Source of the DNA: Moritella sp. JT01
Lineage (GTDB): Bacteria > Pseudomonadota > Gammaproteobacteria > Enterobacterales > Moritellaceae
Reading direction: 5' to 3'
Length of the DNA: 32,000 bases
Assembly: GCF_001574435.1 (NCBI RefSeq)
Contig: NZ_LOCN01000024.1
Location: 130,793 to 162,792, forward strand
Shown piece by piece: positions 17,223 through 26,245 of this stretch (positions are counted from its first letter, which is position 1; the number at the start of each line of letters is the position of its first letter). The notes below the pieces were generated by a model. That model was not told the DNA's origin. It made no database searches and saw nothing but the letters and a program-made list of their open reading frames with translations. A program made the position numbers and the translations under genes.

Positions 17223-17786
17223 TTATTTATCACCCATTTTAGTTAATGCGTTCTGAACATCTTCGTATGATGGATCAAGTTCTAATGCTTTATTCCATGC
17301 GGCTCTTGCATTGGCATAGTTTTTCATTCTGTAATTCACGCTACCTTTAAGTGCGTGAGTTTGTGCAAGACTAGGCGCTGCTTTAATCGCATCTTCGACT
17401 TTAACAAGAGCCTCTGGGTAATCTTTATCTACAGCAAGTTGTTGAGCCGCAGATAATAAGCGTAATGCCTTACCTATATCTTCTGATGCTGGTTCTTCTT
17501 CATCTAATATGTCTTCGAACAGCTCGAGGTCGTCTTGATTGTTGATAAGTTCTGCTGCATTTATTTCCTCATCGTTTTCGATCTCGAATATAATATCGCT
17601 ACCAAGTACGTTAAATGCGACTTTTGATTCGTAGTAAGTTCCCTTATGTCGAAGGGATAATACGCCTAGTTCTAATGGGTTACCTGCTGCATCTGTAATT
17701 GCTTGTACATGATTATCATGATTATCTTTTTTAGCACTACATGCGGTAAGGGTGATAAGCATGCATAAAGTAATTATCTGTTTCAT
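17223..17786 (-). CDS. TPR-repeat lipoprotein
   Basis: 187 aa. Lipobox LTLTAC, with the Cys at residue 16. Acidic linker (DILDEEEPASED). C-terminal TPR-like repeats (YPEALVKVEDAIKAAPSLAQTHALKGSVNYRMKNYANARAAWNKALELDPSY). Confidence 0.75.
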   Translation of the reverse strand: MKQIITLCMLITLTACSAKKDNHDNHVQAITDAAGNPLELGVLSLRHKGTYYESKVAFNVLGSDIIFEIENDEEINAAELINNQDDLELFEDILDEEEPASEDIGKALRLLSAAQQLAVDKDYPEALVKVEDAIKAAPSLAQTHALKGSVNYRMKNYANARAAWNKALELDPSYEDVQNALTKMGDK

Positions 17787-17795
17787 ATTCTGTCC

Positions 17796-18920
17796 TTAGA
17801 GACGGAAGCTAAGTGTAATATCGAAGCTTATGCCACCAAATGTAATCTCTGATGCATAGCCTGATTTAGAACCTGCATCGATATTATGTTTAGGGACGCT
17901 AATGATGCCTAGTTCTAACGAACCATTATCGGGGAAGCTAATTTCAGTACCTACTCTAAACGCAACGGCATGGTAATTTTTGAATAATATTTGACCAATA
18001 CCGATATAAGGTTTGAATTTAATTTTTTGGTTCCAATCTGGCATTAATAATAAAATTCGACCTTCGATGTTTACACCGGCTAAGTTTATAATGTCTCTAT
18101 TTTCAAGGTTTGTGATCGCATCAAAGATAATTGCGTAATCAAGGTAAGGTGTGAAACCTGAAGATTTATTGTTACGCACACCAATTGTTGTGAACTTATC
18201 TACAATCGTAGCTTTACCTGTGCTTGTGTTTAATCGTTTAGCTTCAAGACCCCAAACACCTAAAGTAACTGCCCAGTCTGATTTTTTTGAAAAACCAATA
18301 TCCGAATTTATCTCAACGGTTTCAGATATATTTTTAGCCCATATCACATCCATCGTTTTTGCATTAACAAGTTTTAGTTGCAGATCGTAAACGTCATCAT
18401 GAACTGATGCATCCCACATTAGAAAAGCATTCGCACGAATGTCTTTCGCCATTGTTTGTAATTCTTTATTTGTTTCGGCGCTATGTTTCACACGCACACT
18501 GCCATTTTTTACAGTGATATATGTTTTAGAGCATTGAACACATGTTTTAACTCGTATGTCGTTGTCAATAAGGCTTAATGATAATTTATTTTCGATTAAG
18601 CTTAATGTTGTTTTGTCTAGTTGGTGCTGTAATCTATCACCGGTATGGTAGAGGGCAACTGTTCTAATATTTTGATCAGAAAGTTCCCAGGGAAGTTCTC
18701 CCCAGATATCTTTACGGTCAAAAATATTTAAAAATACAAGGTATGATTGGCTAGGGGTAATATTCGATGGCGTTAAAGCTTGATGAGTTATTTCTGATTG
18801 TTCGTCATTGTCGGTAATTTCTGCGGAATTGCTGAATGGGATATATGCGATTGAAATTATACAAAAAGAAAAAAGATATAAAAAGAATGATTTTTTTATA
18901 TCAAAAAATGAACGTGTCAT
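17796..18920 (-). CDS. Secreted protein with a periplasmic N-domain (FlgO/CsgG/LpoB-like pattern) and a C-terminal outer-membrane beta-barrel-like region
   Basis: 374 aa. Signal peptide ending SNSA. The N-domain segment AKDIRANAFLMWDASVHDDVYDLQLKLVNAKTMDVIWAKNI resembles the lg.dyvl.G.v...g..y.l.l.lvd..tg.viw pattern of FlgO/CsgG/LpoB-type domains. The C-terminal 170 aa has an alternating hydrophobic pattern ending FDITLSFRL. The domain calls are by eye only. Confidence 0.55.
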   Translation of the reverse strand: MTRSFFDIKKSFFLYLFSFCIISIAYIPFSNSAEITDNDEQSEITHQALTPSNITPSQSYLVFLNIFDRKDIWGELPWELSDQNIRTVALYHTGDRLQHQLDKTTLSLIENKLSLSLIDNDIRVKTCVQCSKTYITVKNGSVRVKHSAETNKELQTMAKDIRANAFLMWDASVHDDVYDLQLKLVNAKTMDVIWAKNISETVEINSDIGFSKKSDWAVTLGVWGLEAKRLNTSTGKATIVDKFTTIGVRNNKSSGFTPYLDYAIIFDAITNLENRDIINLAGVNIEGRILLLMPDWNQKIKFKPYIGIGQILFKNYHAVAFRVGTEISFPDNGSLELGIISVPKHNIDAGSKSGYASEITFGGISFDITLSFRL

Positions 18921-19242
18921 GGAATGCCTTTTTTATATTTTAATAAGTATATTAATGTATTAGTGTATCTATTTTCAGATTTTTAAACTGTAAGTAATAT
19001 GTAAGCTGACCGTAATGGAGTGTAAATAATCAGGAGAGGGGGCTGTAAATTACACCTGCCTAGGAAATTCAATCATATTAAACTTATTGATTAATTCAGG
19101 CATAAGGCCGATCAAGGTGATACATAGCATTGGCTAATATGAATCGTGCTTTATACCAATTTTTCAATTGAGGTATCTCCTTTAAACGTGTTGAAAGTGG
19201 TATTATTCTGCAATTCATTTACTAATTATTGAAGGGTGTTTA

Positions 19243-20127
19243 ATGTCTGATGTTGTAATTCATCAAGTACGACCAACTAAGGTTCTTTTTACTCAAGGAA
19301 TCATGCAATCTTTAACTCAAGTACAGTGGGTTGAGCAAACAGACACCAGTACTTATGTGGTTACTGAAAAAACACCGTTTCACCCGGTAAGTCATATCTG
19401 GCCAGATCATCCTGCGGATAAAGGGTTTTTAGTATTTAACGGTAAGCAATACACAGTCACAGATTGCGTGACGGGTGCTTTTGATATTGAAAATAGTAAG
19501 CTATATAAAGGTACAGATATACCAGTAAAACGTGGCGAGCCCGGCTGGTATTTTGTTGTCTTACACGAATTAGAATTAGACATGGCATTAAACATTAATG
19601 ATGCTGTTGAATTAGTTGTTGATGCAAGGTATCAAACGGCGTTAAGTCGGGGGCACAGTGCAGGGCATTTGGCTTCTTATGCGTTAAATAAGGTTTTAGA
19701 ACAAGGTTACTGGCGTAAAGATGCATCACGCAAAGATGTATTAAATAATCGCGACTTTCATTCATACGCACAAACATTAAGTTTGGTCTCTGAAAACAAA
19801 TCGACGGACAGTTACCGTTTAGGTAAAACGTTGAAAAAACGAGGCCTTAATGTGGCAGAAATACTTGCAGATCTATCACTCATTGAAGCGAGGGTTAATG
19901 ACGTACTGGCAACCTGGCTTGCGACTAACGCATCTGTTGTGATGAAGTGTGAAGGTGATACGCTTACAGACTCTCGCTTTTGGTGTTGCGATTTAGGTAT
20001 TGGAGAAAGTATCACTATGCCTTGTGGAGGCTCACATGTGCAAAGTTTGACTGAATATAAAGATATAACGATTGAGTTAACATTTAAGTCTGACCAAGAA
20101 CTAGAGATGATCACAAAGGCTAATTAA
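19243..20127 (+). CDS. AlaX-like alanyl/threonyl-tRNA-synthetase editing-domain (tRNA_SAD) metal-dependent hydrolase
   Basis: 294 aa. TPFHPVSHIWPDHPADKG resembles the AlaX N-terminal TiFyP.gGGQ..D.G. Zinc-binding HxxxH (RGHSAGHL) and CxxxH (PCGGSHV) motifs are present. Confidence 0.7.
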   Translation: MSDVVIHQVRPTKVLFTQGIMQSLTQVQWVEQTDTSTYVVTEKTPFHPVSHIWPDHPADKGFLVFNGKQYTVTDCVTGAFDIENSKLYKGTDIPVKRGEPGWYFVVLHELELDMALNINDAVELVVDARYQTALSRGHSAGHLASYALNKVLEQGYWRKDASRKDVLNNRDFHSYAQTLSLVSENKSTDSYRLGKTLKKRGLNVAEILADLSLIEARVNDVLATWLATNASVVMKCEGDTLTDSRFWCCDLGIGESITMPCGGSHVQSLTEYKDITIELTFKSDQELEMITKAN

Positions 20128-20172
20128 AAATAACCCTAACGGATGCATCAACATATACATCATAAACGTTGA

Positions 20173-20205
20173 AGAGGTTCGTTTAAATTTGTTATTTGAA
20201 CCTCT
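20173..20205. terminator. Hairpin between convergent genes (possible bidirectional terminator)
   Basis: AGAGGTTC (20173-20180) pairs perfectly with GAACCTCT (20198-20205). The loop is 17 nt and AT-rich. There is no strong U tract on either side. Confidence 0.35.
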
Positions 20206-20220
20206 ATATGCCATTAACCT

Positions 20221-21477
20221 CTATTTATACAATGACTCTGCTTTTACATGCTTAACAAAACCAGGATAACATTGGGATAATAATGTCAAAACAGATAATG
20301 CAATAAACATACTTGCCAAGACAAGCTCAGTATCTGGCAGGTGAGCACTCAATTGAGTAAGACTAAATAAACCAAGCATCTGTAATGCACCAAAGGTGGC
20401 TCCCACTTGTCCTTTATGATTAGGAAATAAATACAGTGCACTTACGGCGGCTGTTGCTGTCAACAATCCCGATGAGAACGCATATAAACAGATCGCGATT
20501 AACATCAGAGTGAATAAGTGTAGTTCAATATTAAGGACGAGCAGACCACTCGCTACTAACATCATTGCTCCACCGGTAAGTAACATACGCCTTTTTGTGA
20601 CATGTGTTTTAAGGTAATAGCTAAAAAATAATCTGCTAGCAATCGTACAACTGACGATTAAAATAGAAGTAAGCCCAAAGGATTTAGGTTCCAAACCATA
20701 ATCGTGAAAAGAGACAAAGGAACCAATAATATAAAAAATCATAATTCCACCACTCGCCGCAACCATCATTAAAAGATAAATCCAAAATATTGGATTCTTA
20801 ATTATCATCCAATAGTCTGCAACGAGTGTTTTCATTACTAACGCATCCGGATTTTTTTGTGTATGTGTTTCCGTTAAAAATAAGAATGTAAATAATAAAA
20901 TCAGCAGTGATAGTACAAGCATAAACTTAAAATTTGAACGCCAACCTAAATAGCTCTGTAATAGACCGCCAATGGCAGGTGCTAGGGCGGGTATAGACAT
21001 GAATAAAATACTAAACCAGGCGAGTATTCCAATGAGTTCTTCTTTACTTAATGAATCTTGCAATATTGTAAAACATAATAAATACAATGCACTGACTCCG
21101 ATCCCTTGAATGCAGCGTCCTATTATTAACATCGTTATATTAGTTGAAAATAAACACACGAGTGTACCAACCACAAACACTACTGCGCCTATTAGAACCA
21201 AAGGGCGTCTTCCGAAACGCTCGGAAGCAACGCCAACAACGAGCTGACTACAAGCGACGGACACAAAAAATACGCTGATGGTTTGTTGCACCGTAGACGC
21301 TGTACTTGAAAATGCATCAACAATAAATGGAAGACTAGGGGCAAACATATCGGCAGCAAAAAAATAACTACATGCCATCAATAAGCTGATTAATACAAGA
21401 CGATAAATAAGTTTAGTATCTCTTAAATCGACATGACTATTATCACGTTTACTGACCGTTTTATTTGTTATTGACAT
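20221..21477 (-). CDS. MFS transporter, Bcr/CflA-like drug efflux subfamily
   Basis: About 12 TM segments, with the MFS loop motif ERFGRRPLVLIG. The track starts at 21522. I prefer ATG 21477 (MSITNKTV..., 418 aa) because a GGAGA SD lies 7 nt upstream. Confidence 0.8.
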   Translation of the reverse strand: MSITNKTVSKRDNSHVDLRDTKLIYRLVLISLLMACSYFFAADMFAPSLPFIVDAFSSTASTVQQTISVFFVSVACSQLVVGVASERFGRRPLVLIGAVVFVVGTLVCLFSTNITMLIIGRCIQGIGVSALYLLCFTILQDSLSKEELIGILAWFSILFMSIPALAPAIGGLLQSYLGWRSNFKFMLVLSLLILLFTFLFLTETHTQKNPDALVMKTLVADYWMIIKNPIFWIYLLMMVAASGGIMIFYIIGSFVSFHDYGLEPKSFGLTSILIVSCTIASRLFFSYYLKTHVTKRRMLLTGGAMMLVASGLLVLNIELHLFTLMLIAICLYAFSSGLLTATAAVSALYLFPNHKGQVGATFGALQMLGLFSLTQLSAHLPDTELVLASMFIALSVLTLLSQCYPGFVKHVKAESLYK

Positions 21478-21826
21478 CGATATTCTCCACATGATTAATG
21501 CGCGAAGACTATCATTTAACAATGGTAGGACTCAATAAATATAACCGCTGGTATATCAATGACTTATGTTTGCGTGTATTGGTGGGTACAAGGGGGTAAA
21601 TAAGCCCCGTAAGGGACGTTCGCTATGTGAAAGGTAAGCGATGGTTAATAAATTAAATTAGCTTATTGTAAATACAATGAGCAGTGATTACTGGCTAGTT
21701 TATAGAGTGAGCGATTAGGATGAATTAATAACAAAACAATGTCATATTTCACATCCTAATCTTCAGGGATAATCCCAGTTTGATATATTGTTTTCATCTA
21801 CAGGTATATAAAGTTATTATCTCGGG

Positions 21827-22282
21827 TTAAGCACTAATACCGGATTGATATCCTGGTACGCGAAATAGCTTACGACATAAATCAAGAAATTGACCGTAAA
21901 ATACACCGACAAAGCATGACACGACAGCGTTACTTGATACCGCTGTTACGATTTTCTCAACATCAGCACCGACAGATAATAGAATTAAGGCATAAACAGG
22001 TGATTGGAAAGATACATACGCAAACGTATCACCAAATTGTTTTGTTAGTTTATTCTTAACTAATTTAGCACCAGTCCTAATAATAAAGTCACGATATAAA
22101 CCATATGGGTATGCAATGGCGATGTTGACCGGAATAGAAACTACACGGGAAGCTAAAGATCGTTCAAACGACATCCCAGAGACAAAAATCTCAATCAACA
22201 TTCCCACAACAAAGCTAAATACGACCATTGCGAATGTGTCAGCTGCGGCATTACGAACGCAGAAAGGGGCTTTAACTTGCAC
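21827..22282 (-). CDS. alaE: L-alanine exporter AlaE
   Basis: 151 aa. Near-collinear with my recollection of E. coli AlaE/YgaW: AADTFAMVVFSFVVGMLIEIFVSGMSFE, IPVNIAIAYPYGLYRD, AYVSFQSPVYALILLSVGAD, AVSSNAVVS, FLDLCRKLFRV. Confidence 0.88.
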   Translation of the reverse strand: MQVKAPFCVRNAAADTFAMVVFSFVVGMLIEIFVSGMSFERSLASRVVSIPVNIAIAYPYGLYRDFIIRTGAKLVKNKLTKQFGDTFAYVSFQSPVYALILLSVGADVEKIVTAVSSNAVVSCFVGVFYGQFLDLCRKLFRVPGYQSGISA

Positions 22283-22525
22283 TTGCTTATCTCCAACTAG
22301 ATTAATATCGTGTAATAATTGATTTATTCATCACTTATAAACTGGGTGTTTATCTGCGAGTGGAATATGTGGCTATTAAATCACGTATCAAGCAGTTTTA
22401 ATCACTAAAGATAAGTTGGTTTTTAAGTTTTTTATGTATTTAATACTGGGAATCTATAGAAAACAGAGAGTAAATGCTGGGCAATACAAAATATGTGGCA
22501 AATTAACGTGACGCACTTCAAATTA

Positions 22526-22546
22526 CTGACCGAAATAAACGGTCAG
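22526..22546 (-). terminator. Hairpin downstream of the DUF2797-like gene (probable terminator)
   Basis: CTGACCG (22526-22532) pairs perfectly with CGGTCAG (22540-22546) around an AAATAAA loop. TAATTTGAAG follows on the minus strand. Confidence 0.45.
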
Positions 22547-22590
22547 CATCTCGTAAGTTACAATTGTTTGTTGACATTCGAGTCAGTTAA

Positions 22591-23430
22591 TTAAGCTTTT
22601 AATGTGATTTCATAGCTTGTGAATTTACGCATGTTGATCACACCAGTATCAAAAAACAGATATTGACCTTTAATACCTTGTAGTATGCCTGTTACAACAG
22701 GTTCTTTATCAAAGTTGTGTGAAACTATTTTAGTCGGGTGCTGAGTAACAGGGTAGTTAATGGTCACAATATCCCCTTCGAGTTCCTCGATTGCATCTAA
22801 ACCATACATCATTTCAATATGACCTAATTGTTCTTCAATTAAAGGCATTAAACGTGCTGCTTCCGCTTTTAAATCAATATCTGCGTTTTCGCCTTTAAGC
22901 ATGGTACGCCAGTTGGTTTTATCACCAATAAATTCAGCTAATGCGGTTTCGACTAATCCTGATATTTGTCTGGTTTTTACTTTAAATATCGGTAAACCTT
23001 GTGTTGCACCTTGATCAATCCAACGGGTTGGTAATTGAGTATGACGGGTAATACCTACTTTTAATGCAGACGTATTTGAAAGGTATACATAGTGGTCAGT
23101 CATACAGAAATCATCGGCCCATTCTGGTTGACGACAAGTTCCGTACTCATAATGACACGTTTCTGGTTTCATGATGCACATATCACAACTGGCTAGCTTG
23201 CGTGTACAAACAAAACAATGGCCTTGTGAATAGCTCTTCTTTGTTTTCTTTCCACAGTTTAAGCAATGTATGTTGCCTGTGTGCGTGAGTGTGATTGATT
23301 TACCGATAAGTTCGTTTAACGGAATAAGTGTATCGTCGAGTGGTAATTGGTAACTGACACTATTATCTGCATTAAGTGTTGAAACCATTTTACTGATATG
23401 GCCTGTGTATGACATTTTATGATATTCCAT
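22591..23430 (-). CDS. Cys-rich zinc-ribbon protein, DUF2797-like
   Basis: 279 aa. Cys cluster HCLNCGKKTKKSYSQGHCFVCTRKLASCDMCIMKPETCHYEYGTC. The family name is from memory of similarly sized gammaproteobacterial proteins. The start could be the second ATG (MSYTG). Confidence 0.6.
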   Translation of the reverse strand: MEYHKMSYTGHISKMVSTLNADNSVSYQLPLDDTLIPLNELIGKSITLTHTGNIHCLNCGKKTKKSYSQGHCFVCTRKLASCDMCIMKPETCHYEYGTCRQPEWADDFCMTDHYVYLSNTSALKVGITRHTQLPTRWIDQGATQGLPIFKVKTRQISGLVETALAEFIGDKTNWRTMLKGENADIDLKAEAARLMPLIEEQLGHIEMMYGLDAIEELEGDIVTINYPVTQHPTKIVSHNFDKEPVVTGILQGIKGQYLFFDTGVINMRKFTSYEITLKA

Positions 23431-23717
23431 TGCTCGTGAAATTATTTTAGGCTTACGTTGTTTGTTAATTTACGTGTCTCTTCTTATTATAGGGGGATTA
23501 ATCTACGTAAGATTAACAAAAGCCGTGTAATTATAATGTAATTCTATATAATACTGGGTCTGAAATTTCTTTCTACTTATTGTTATCACTTTTAGTTTTT
23601 AGATGGCAAAATGCCCAGATTGGATTTTAGTTCTTTATTTACATTAGGTACGTTACTTTGTGTATATAAAAGAAAAATTATCACACGATGTTTAATCACA
23701 TCTTAATTTATGCAAAC

Positions 23718-23734
23718 GCTGCATCGTAGGCAGC
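23718..23734 (+). promoter_or_regulatory. Candidate thrS translational operator: anticodon-arm mimic hairpin
   Basis: A 5-bp stem GCTGC/GCAGC encloses the 7-nt loop AUCGUAG. The loop reads U at the position-33 equivalent, then CGU (a Thr anticodon), then A. It ends 10 nt before the AAGGA SD of thrS. Confidence 0.5.
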
Positions 23735-23755
23735 ATCACTGCAAAAGGATATAAA

Positions 23756-25690
23756 ATGCCTGTAATTACTCTTCCAGATGGCGCTCAGCGTCAATTTGAC
23801 AACCCAGTAACGATTATGGAAGTTGCTGCAGATATCAGTTCTGGTCTTGCTAAAGCGTGTATCGCTGGCCGCATTAATGGTGAACGTGTTGACGCATGTG
23901 ACCTGATCACTGAAGACGCTGCAATTGAAATCATTACTTCTAAAGATGCTGATGGTCTAGAGATCCTACGCCATTCTTGTGCGCATTTACTTGGTCATGC
24001 TATTAAGCAATTATGGCCAAACACCAAGATGGCTATTGGCCCTACCATTGATAAAGGCTTCTATTATGATGTCGATATGGAAGAACCAATTAGTGAAGCT
24101 GATTTAGCTAAGCTAGAAAAACACATGAACAAACTGGTTAAGACCAACTATCAAGTAATTAAGAAAGTTGTATCTTGGCAAGAAGCACGTGACACGTTTG
24201 AAGAACGTGGTGAGACTTATAAAGTAGCTATCTTAGACGAGAACATCGGTAAAGATGAAACGCCTGCTTTATATTTCCATGAAGAATACGTAGATATGTG
24301 TCGTGGCCCACACGTACCAGTCATGAAGCATTGCCAGCATTTCAAATTAATGTCTATTGCAGGCGCATACTGGCGCGGTAACTCAGACAATAAGATGTTA
24401 CAACGTATATATGGTACAGCTTGGACTGATAAGAAAGAGCTAAAAGCACATATTGAACGTCTTGCTGAAGCTGAGAAGCGTGATCACCGTAAAATTGGTA
24501 AGCAACTTGATCTTTACCATATGCAAGAAGATGCACCAGGTATGGTGTTCTGGCATAACGATGGTTGGATTATTTTCCGTGAGTTAGAAAATTTAATTCG
24601 TGAAAAATTACGTGAATTTGATTACCAAGAAGTGAAAGGTCCACAAATCATGGATCGTAGCTTATGGGAAAAATCAGGTCATTGGGATAAATATTCAGAA
24701 GGTATGTTCTGTACTCATTCAGAAAACCGTGAATATGCGATTAAACCAATGAACTGTCCGGGCCACGTTCAGATTTATAACCAAGGTTTAAAATCTTACC
24801 GTGATTTACCATTACGTATGGCTGAGTTTGGTTCATGTCACCGTAATGAACCATCGGGTTCGCTACATGGCTTAATGCGTGTACGTGGCTTCACACAAGA
24901 CGATGCACACATCTTCTGTACTGAAAGCCAAATTCAGAAAGAAGTATCTGATTGTATCAAGATGGTTTTTGAAACTTACGCTACATTTGGTTTCGAGAAT
25001 ATTGAGATTAAATTATCAACACGTCCTGAAAAACGTGTAGGTAGTGATGAGACTTGGGATAAATCTGAGCAGGCACTTGCTGATGCATTAACTGCTAGTG
25101 GCTTAAGTTATGATGTGCAAGAAGGCGAGGGTGCGTTTTATGGTCCTAAGATTGAATTCACACTACATGACTGCTTAGATCGTGCATGGCAATGTGGTAC
25201 AATTCAGCTAGACTTCTCAATGCCTGAGAAATTAGGTGCGGAATATGTGTGTGAAAGTAACGGTCGTGAGACGCCTGTTATGATTCACCGAGCGATTTTA
25301 GGTTCACTTGAGCGCTTCATTGGTATTCTAATTGAAGAATATGCAGGACTTTTCCCTACTTGGTTATCACCTGTACAAGCTGTTATTATGAACATAACAG
25401 ACAAACAGGCTGTTTTTGCTACAGAATTTGTAGAAAAAATGAAGAAAGTAGGCATTAGAGCAAAATTAGACTTGAGAAATGAGAAGATAGGCTTTAAAAT
25501 CCGCGAACATACTTTGAAACGTGTGCCGTATCTTTTGGTCATCGGCGATAAAGAAGTCGAATCAGGAGAAATAGCAGTACGTACTCGTAAGGGCGTTGAC
25601 TTAGGTACTATGAAGTTAGATGACTTCATCAGTAAATTACAAACCGAAGTCAATAGCCGCGGTAAAACAACTTTGGAGGATTCGTTATAA
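23756..25690 (+). CDS. thrS: Threonine--tRNA ligase
   Basis: 644 aa. TGS-like N-terminus (MPVITLPDG), editing-domain motif [10 protein letters not shown], class II core (FRNE-type [17 protein letters not shown]) and a C-terminal anticodon-binding domain. infC follows. Confidence 0.97.
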   Translation: MPVITLPDGAQRQFDNPVTIMEVAADISSGLAKACIAGRINGERVDACDLITEDAAIEIITSKDADGLEILRHSCAHLLGHAIKQLWPNTKMAIGPTIDKGFYYDVDMEEPISEADLAKLEKHMNKLVKTNYQVIKKVVSWQEARDTFEERGETYKVAILDENIGKDETPALYFHEEYVDMCRGPHVPVMKHCQHFKLMSIAGAYWRGNSDNKMLQRIYGTAWTDKKELKAHIERLAEAEKRDHRKIGKQLDLYHMQEDAPGMVFWHNDGWIIFRELENLIREKLREFDYQEVKGPQIMDRSLWEKSGHWDKYSEGMFCTHSENREYAIKPMNCPGHVQIYNQGLKSYRDLPLRMAEFGSCHRNEPSGSLHGLMRVRGFTQDDAHIFCTESQIQKEVSDCIKMVFETYATFGFENIEIKLSTRPEKRVGSDETWDKSEQALADALTASGLSYDVQEGEGAFYGPKIEFTLHDCLDRAWQCGTIQLDFSMPEKLGAEYVCESNGRETPVMIHRAILGSLERFIGILIEEYAGLFPTWLSPVQAVIMNITDKQAVFATEFVEKMKKVGIRAKLDLRNEKIGFKIREHTLKRVPYLLVIGDKEVESGEIAVRTRKGVDLGTMKLDDFISKLQTEVNSRGKTTLEDSL

Positions 25691-26229
25691 AAGGCGGAAA
25701 AAAAGGTCAACAACAAACGACCAGACAACATCGTATCAACGAAGAAATTCGTATACCTGAATGTCGCTTAAACGGTGCTGATGGTGAAGTGATTGGAATC
25801 GTATCTATAAGAGAAGCTCTTGCTATCGCAGAAGAAGCTAGTTTAGATCTTGTAGAAATTAGCCCGAATGCCGAGCCTCCTGTTTGCCGTGTCATGGATT
25901 ACGGTAAATTTATATACGAGAAAAGTAAGTCTGTTAAAGAGCAGAAGAAAAAGCAAGTTCGGGTTCAGGTTAAGGAAATAAAATTCCGACCTGGAACTGA
26001 TGTTGGCGATTATCAGGTAAAACTACGCAACCTGACTCGCTTCCTCGAAGAAGGTAACAAAGCAAAAATTACGCTGCGTTTCCGAGGTCGAGAAATGGCG
26101 CACCAGAGCTTAGGCTTTGATCTTTTAAATCGTATTAAAGAAGATTTAAAAGAAATTGCAGTCGTGGAAGCTTTCCCGAAAATGGAAGGTCGCCAAGCTG
26201 TAATGGTGTTAGCCCCTAAAAAGAAATAG
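25687..26229 (+). CDS. infC: Translation initiation factor IF-3, with a non-canonical ATA start overlapping the thrS stop
   Basis: The track only offers a GTG at 25789. The frame is open and conserved from ATA 25687: [30 protein letters not shown]..., compared with E. coli [28 protein letters not shown]. This gives 180 aa. A GGAGGA SD ends 6 nt upstream. Confidence 0.9.
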   Translation: MKGGKKGQQQTTRQHRINEEIRIPECRLNGADGEVIGIVSIREALAIAEEASLDLVEISPNAEPPVCRVMDYGKFIYEKSKSVKEQKKKQVRVQVKEIKFRPGTDVGDYQVKLRNLTRFLEEGNKAKITLRFRGREMAHQSLGFDLLNRIKEDLKEIAVVEAFPKMEGRQAVMVLAPKKK

Positions 26230-26245
26230 TAAGTGCTTCCAAGTG

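Noticed and set aside
19407-20114. Minus-strand ORFs overlapping the AlaX-like gene
   Set aside because: The plus-strand frame carries the recognisable HxxxH/CxxxH editing-domain motifs. The antisense frames have no recognisable features.
21714-21760. 9-bp inverted repeat ATTAGGATG...CATCCTAAT between alaE and the MFS gene, as a terminator
   Set aside because: The loop is 29 nt and there is no U tract on either strand. It might be a regulator site, but the evidence is insufficient.
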